64,000 nt of DNA from Oceanispirochaeta sp. (GTDB lineage Bacteria > Spirochaetota > Spirochaetia > DSM-2461). Positions 60,001 through 64,000 of the stretch are shown in pieces (the first letter of the stretch is position 1; each line of letters opens with the position of its first letter). The position numbers and the translations under genes were made by a program. The notes below the pieces were generated by a model. That model searched no databases, had not been told where the DNA came from, and was given only the letters and a program-made list of their open reading frames with translations. The stretch lies in the NCBI GenBank assembly GCA_963663385.2, contig CAXXXD010000003.1, positions 960,001 through 1,024,000 of the forward strand, written 5' to 3'.

Positions 60001-60330
60001 CCTGAAATTCTGAATGATTTTGATTTCCATCTGCATAAAGTGACTGAAGCCATAACGCAGGCCTGTCCGGGTGAGGATGAACAGGATATTGTTGAGGTAG
60101 AGGTGGTTTCTGATGATGTTCTGAAACCTCTACTGGACACTTTGGGGCCTTTTCTTAAAAAGAAAATGGCTGTTAAATGCAAGGCTGTTCTTAGGGAGAT
60201 TGAACAGTATCGATACTCAGCGGACAGACAGAATTCCATAGAAGAGCTTTCCTCCATGATCAGGAGGTACAACTACCACGATGCGGAAGACCTGCTCCAT
60301 AATCTGATGGATGAGATAGACTGTTCCTGA
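57094..60330 (+). CDS. Hybrid histidine kinase: RsbT-like N-terminus, PAS, HisKA, HATPase, REC, REC, Hpt
   Basis: FLANMSHEIRTPMN, NAVKFT, DTGIG, GGTGLGL, MDYQMP, MDLQMP, AHTIKSVAGNIGA. Confidence 0.93.
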   Translation: MKTELVTFAPANMIPMSLLRRKILHLCQDLGFSQIQAVRITTVFSELAEQDSQYYLSRRITLSLKRKSIQNDLSPALVFSIKKSSLDFPDSIASHFFNEFTVKETGPGLFMIEAVKYFPSEVSYPDEKSISRWRKALSEPTKDALFKELELNNRKLEKQADELIYAKNNAEKTADELKIRIDDLAKARTAMLNVMEDLDLSKASMQALIDSLPDVTIIYDENGYYRNIYLSRDENSQNNQLNGITDINELIGKSIRDVMTGETADLIQASITRAIEEKKTVQMEYSLDTDSGIIWYDGRFSSMNTLDAGLGLVVCVVRDITTLKKLTSDLENAKEEAIAATKAKGDFLANMSHEIRTPMNAIIGLNSLLIKTDMTPKQQDYTEKIGKSARSLLGIINDILDFSKIEAGKMDIEKTNFLLSDVLENLLNIIGDRVRDNGSELIFKQDLTIPNNLIGDPLRLGQILLNLTNNAVKFTEKGEIVVSTKLEKKVDNSVYIKFSVSDTGIGLTEEQQNKLFKSFSQADTSTTRKYGGTGLGLAISKKLSELMEGSIGVKSKSGKGSTFYFTVRMGVGEEKTRRTVPRDLNGLHVLVVDDNETAREVITSYLEDFCLSVTEVSGGKLALRELNQAKAAENRDYDLVLMDYQMPDLNGIETSRQIREGLENIRQPKIIMITGFGREEVMKQAAGMGLDGFLIKPVSPSILFDTIMEVFGKGHGMSVRKKRAEDSRPENFRLIQGARILLAEDNPINQQVALETMEQEGFRIDIVNNGKEAVDRISLDYDCVLMDLQMPVMDGYQATSEIRKNPEYADMPIIAMTADAMVGVKERVISEGLNDYITKPFDPAMLWETLMNWIKPGNRPLPENYRTASEKGNHDGPDIPPIKGVDLADGLKRVGGNKRLYRDLLVQFARDNGSVTNEIQDCLSRNDIRSAERLAHTIKSVAGNIGAHSLQNKAESLECELKKWTSHLEPEILNDFDFHLHKVTEAITQACPGEDEQDIVEVEVVSDDVLKPLLDTLGPFLKKKMAVKCKAVLREIEQYRYSADRQNSIEELSSMIRRYNYHDAEDLLHNLMDEIDCS

Positions 60331-60608
60331 ATCGTTCGGGAAATAAATCCGATACCCTGGAAAAAACAGGGCTTTATGCCTCTTTACTAACTAATTCAAC
60401 AATGCGCTGGCTGGCAAATCTTTTTGCCTGGTCACCCACTTTTGCCTTACTGATTCTTTTTAAAAAATAAGACCTGATATGTCATTGAAGGATTTTAAAT
60501 AGCGGAATTACAATCAGTGCAGCGAAGCAGGCCCTCCGGGAAGGATCAGTATTTGCTCAACTCTAAAGAACCTTTCCTTATAAAGGTATGACCTGTTACA
60601 TCCCAAGA

Positions 60609-60637
60609 TTGACCACCACTGTTCATATCTTTATATT
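60609..60637 (+). promoter_or_regulatory. Putative sigma70 promoter, 9 nt before an SD-less ATG
   Basis: TTGACC-17 nt-TATATT. Confidence 0.6.
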
Positions 60638-60646
60638 TCTCCCCAC

Positions 60647-61453
60647 ATGAAAAATACCTGCAAACCATTTATATTGTTTCTGTTTCTGCTGATACTCCCC
60701 CTTTGTATTCTGGCACCCCTGTTTGGCGGAGAGCAGAAAAAAGCCCCTGTCCACGGGCTCAGCTTAACAACGGCTTTTCTCAACCCCAACTTCTCGGACC
60801 CTTTGGTCACACCCTTTCATACCCACGGTATGGGAGCCGGACTGGAACTGGCCTACACCCTGAGAATGTCCTCCTTTGCCCTGGATACAGGCTTTGCAGG
60901 AGGGGGAGGGCGGCTCTACAGCGGCAACTCCAACTTCTACGATCATGACGACTCCTTCGGCACGGCCTCCTTTTATATCAACACAGCCTGGCGGCGGTCA
61001 GTGATTGTGGAGAAAGCCTTCCTGCTGGCAGGACTGCGGACGGAATATCAGGGAGAAGTCTACCTTATCAGCCATATTGATTCGTATAACTGGAACGGGG
61101 ACCTCTCATTTATGCCCTTTGCAGGCCTGGAGTACAATTTTTCCCGGAGCAGGCTCACCAGCTCCCTGGCGTTTTCGCTCTTCAGCCTGGTCAACCGTCC
61201 CCCCTGGACCATCTACGACGATGACCTGGATGCCCGGATGAGTGAGTCCCCCCTGTCCGTGCTCTTCAGAGGAGACTCCTCCGGTATTGATAAATACTTC
61301 AGAATGGTCTATGACCTCCACTGGGAGACAGAACTGTCCCGTCATTTTATCCTTATAAGCGGCGGATCCTTTCAATACATCAGAACCACCTTACCCCAGG
61401 AGGCAAAGTTTCTGACCGCCTCCGCAGACCTGGGAGTACGCTATGTTTTCTAA
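60647..61453 (+). CDS. Putative outer-membrane beta-barrel protein
   Basis: Signal peptide, amphipathic strands, C-terminal LGVRYVF. Confidence 0.7.
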   Translation: MKNTCKPFILFLFLLILPLCILAPLFGGEQKKAPVHGLSLTTAFLNPNFSDPLVTPFHTHGMGAGLELAYTLRMSSFALDTGFAGGGGRLYSGNSNFYDHDDSFGTASFYINTAWRRSVIVEKAFLLAGLRTEYQGEVYLISHIDSYNWNGDLSFMPFAGLEYNFSRSRLTSSLAFSLFSLVNRPPWTIYDDDLDARMSESPLSVLFRGDSSGIDKYFRMVYDLHWETELSRHFILISGGSFQYIRTTLPQEAKFLTASADLGVRYVF

Positions 61454-62474
61454 GTATGTAAAATTCCTTCTCCTTCCCCTGTGCTTCCTCCTGGCGGGCA
61501 GCTGCTCTCTGGTGCTGGGACCCGAAACGGGATCGGACAACGGATCGGTTTTCGATTATTTCTGGGACACCTTCGACAAACAGTACTCCCTGTTCGAGCA
61601 GAAGGGGATCGACTGGGATGCTCAGAGAGAAACCTACCGGGATCAGGCCGTGTCTGCCCCCACAGAGGATGCCCTGTTTGATGTCCTTGCGGAGATGATC
61701 GAACCAATGGACGATGCCCATGTCTGGCTTTCCGGTACAGGCGGGTATCCCTACTGCGATACCTGGGAAGAGCCGGGGATTCCCTCCCTCTGGTACAGCT
61801 TCTCCCTCTACGGTGTCCGGGAGTATACCGGGCCCCTCAGCCAGACCGCCGGGGATCTTGTCTCCTACGGTATACTCGCAGAGCGGAACATCGGCTATAT
61901 CCATATCTCTTCCATGGCCGCCGATCTGGGGGGGATGACCACTCTGGAATCCTGGGTAGACGATGTCGACAGGGTTATTGACCAGTACATGGATACGGAT
62001 GCCCTGATTATAGATATCCGGAATAATACCGGCGGCTACAGCGCCAATGCCCGGCACATCGCCTCCCGCTTTGTCTCTCACAAAAGTCTCTACCTGAAAA
62101 CCAGAACGAGAGTCGGTCCCGACCATAATGATTTCGGTACCGTCACCGATCACTACATCGAACCTCGGGGGCAGATTTACACTAAACCGGTTTACCTGGT
62201 GACCGATCCCCGGACCGTCAGTGCCGCCGAGTGGTTTACCCTGATGATGAGGAAAAGTGACAATGTGACCCATATCGGCTGGCGGACTACAGGCGCCACG
62301 GGAATGGTCTCCTTTCATGAACTTCCCAACGGCTGGGAGTTTTCCACCACTATTGGTTACACCACCGATGAAGAGGGCCGATGCTACGAAGGAACGGGTA
62401 TTCAGCCGGAAATCGTCATTCCCTATGATCCCTCCGAAGCGGACAGTGTCCTGGCGTGGATTATGAATCAGTAG
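61443..62474 (+). CDS. S41-family peptidase lipoprotein
   Basis: Lipobox LAGSC, DAHV, IDIRNNTGG, TVSAAE, GIQP. Confidence 0.9.
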   Translation: MFSKYVKFLLLPLCFLLAGSCSLVLGPETGSDNGSVFDYFWDTFDKQYSLFEQKGIDWDAQRETYRDQAVSAPTEDALFDVLAEMIEPMDDAHVWLSGTGGYPYCDTWEEPGIPSLWYSFSLYGVREYTGPLSQTAGDLVSYGILAERNIGYIHISSMAADLGGMTTLESWVDDVDRVIDQYMDTDALIIDIRNNTGGYSANARHIASRFVSHKSLYLKTRTRVGPDHNDFGTVTDHYIEPRGQIYTKPVYLVTDPRTVSAAEWFTLMMRKSDNVTHIGWRTTGATGMVSFHELPNGWEFSTTIGYTTDEEGRCYEGTGIQPEIVIPYDPSEADSVLAWIMNQ

Positions 62475-62618
62475 AAGATAATGAACAGTTCTCCCGGCTA
62501 AAAAATCTGCAGGATTCGGTATTTATGCCAGCAGTACCCTGGAATCATCCTTTAATGTTGTAATCTCCGATTTCAGGCTGGAATCCTGTCTCTGGAAGGT
62601 ACATGCATAAACCGGTCT

Positions 62619-64000
62619 TCAGTAGGCAACTGTGACAGCGAAGGAGAGGTAATATATCGTCTCTTCCGCCAGCAGCAGTGTCTCCCTGTAGTCCAGAGAG
62701 AGGTGATCATTCAGTATAAAGGTCCCTTTGCAGAACAGGATGTTCGTATATTCATACTCCCGCTCCGGTTCATCCTTATAGTTCTCAATTATTTCCACAC
62801 CGACCAGATGGCTCTCCGGATTGGTCTTCCAGAACTCCCATCCGCCGGAAAGGTTCCACTTTTCACGGTAATAATCCATCCGGAAGGTAAGGTAGAGGGC
62901 ATCCGAACCCAGAAACATCCCGGTGGGTGTATCAATATACTCGTTGCTCTCCAGACTGGTGGAATACAGCTTTCTACGGGAGTAAAAACTGGTGTAGGGA
63001 TGCCACCTCTCGTAGGTATAGGGACCGGTTATCCCAAATTCCATATTGGAAACAATACTGGCCTCTTTAGACGGGAGCTGATACTGTACTCCACCCAAAC
63101 CTCCCAGTGATGTGGGGACGGTATAGCTGTCTTCAAAAGTGTTTCTGATATCGTCTATCATAAACTCCCCGTATATCCCCAGACCGGGCAGGATGGTCCA
63201 CCAGGCATCAAATCCTATCATCACATTGCTGTAGTTTTCTCCATAGACATTATGGTAGAACATGGTGGGGGGGATATCCTCAAAGTTCGGAAAACGGCCT
63301 CCCACTACAAGGATATCTGTAAAACCGAGAATCAGACTGTCCGCAAGTCTGAACTCGTACCGGTGTCCTGTCAGGAACTTGGACTGCTGGTCCATCTCCT
63401 TGTCAAAGTGTCCTTCGGGTGTCAGGTCATTCTCCAGGGCTTCGGCGATAACCCTCTTCTCCCACTTCTTCAGGTAGCTCTCCAGAGGGATAAAGACGAA
63501 AGTCCCCTTGAACACGGGGTTCTGATAGCTCAGGTTTATCTGGTCAAAGTAGGGGACTGCGGAGGAGAGCATCAGATTGCTCCTCTGGCCGGGGCCCCAG
63601 CTGATCTTGTCTCTTCCTGCAAAAAGCTGCAGGCTTTTGTTTCCCCAGGCTATATATCCTCTGGTGGGGAAGTTATAATCATAATCCTGAAAAGTCGGGG
63701 GGATGTTGATATACGTATCGGTCCTGAAATCATTAAAGAAGTCCTGACGTATATCAAACCGGGAATCCACAATAAAGTTTTCGCTGCCTGTCTGGAATCC
63801 CACCATAATAAGGGGATGATTAAAAAGCCAGTCGTTATACCAGTAGCTTTCCTGATCTTCGGGGATTTCTGCGGTTAAGCAATTGGTTCTGAGGGAAAAA
63901 CTGAGATCCGGATGAAAGAAGTACGCTTTTTCCGGAGGTCTATAACTGTCCGATTTACTACGGGAGTAGGGCCGGGACAGGAAATCGGGGGCATCCCCCC
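62619..64000 (-). CDS. Wzi-like (capsule assembly) outer-membrane protein, 5'-truncated
   Basis: Frame stays open from 63806 to the window end (...LSRPYS...); GRDKISWGPG, HRYEF, YGEFMIDD motifs. Confidence 0.7.
   Translation of the reverse strand, partial: GDAPDFLSRPYSRSKSDSYRPPEKAYFFHPDLSFSLRTNCLTAEIPEDQESYWYNDWLFNHPLIMVGFQTGSENFIVDSRFDIRQDFFNDFRTDTYINIPPTFQDYDYNFPTRGYIAWGNKSLQLFAGRDKISWGPGQRSNLMLSSAVPYFDQINLSYQNPVFKGTFVFIPLESYLKKWEKRVIAEALENDLTPEGHFDKEMDQQSKFLTGHRYEFRLADSLILGFTDILVVGGRFPNFEDIPPTMFYHNVYGENYSNVMIGFDAWWTILPGLGIYGEFMIDDIRNTFEDSYTVPTSLGGLGGVQYQLPSKEASIVSNMEFGITGPYTYERWHPYTSFYSRRKLYSTSLESNEYIDTPTGMFLGSDALYLTFRMDYYREKWNLSGGWEFWKTNPESHLVGVEIIENYKDEPEREYEYTNILFCKGTFILNDHLSLDYRETLLLAEETIYYLSFAVTVAY

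Noticed and set aside
60412..60428. Sigma54 promoter TGGCAAATCTTTTTGC
   Set aside because: GG-to-GC spacing is 11 nt rather than the required 10
60331..60608. Riboswitch or ncRNA after the hybrid kinase
   Set aside because: Only short hairpins; no aptamer consensus I can recognise. An Rfam cmscan would settle it
63252..63878. 208-aa plus-strand ORF, and similar shadows such as 61380-62318(-), 50986-51732(-), 41052-41789(-)
   Set aside because: Antisense shadows of well-supported genes with no domain motifs

Overview
64 kb of a chromosome that I infer comes from a free-living spirochete (Spirochaetaceae-like), based on gene order and protein families. About 1-35.5 kb is conserved spirochete backbone: V-type ATPase I/K, ispG, uvrA-lptD, phoH-HD-ybeY-corC-TPR, gap-pgk-tpiA-secG, surA-like-nusB-TPR-map-htrA-PRTase, OMP/lipoprotein-folD, LCP, SPOR and DHH. 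About 35.6-45.4 kb is more accessory: sigma54-type pspA-pspC, a GGDEF cyclase, AraC/GyrI, TrmO-like, PatB and a large HExxH/propeller/barrel protein. Two identical tRNA-Gly(TCC) genes follow. Just downstream of them is a mosaic of palindromes and two 79-bp structured direct repeats that end in an inverted copy of the tRNA 3' end. Next comes a purB-guaB-purA-guaA operon whose PurA has SHLN in place of the TKLD guanine-specificity motif. A stressosome-like operon follows (Cache-PAS sensor with no output domain, PAS-RsbR, atypical RsbS, RsbT, RsbX-like phosphatase, hybrid kinase with an RsbT-like N-terminus). The window ends with a GC-richer OMP/S41 peptidase pair and a 5'-truncated Wzi-like gene. 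I saw no integrase, transposase, CRISPR array or rRNA. All calls rest on motif reading and recalled family knowledge; no searches were run.
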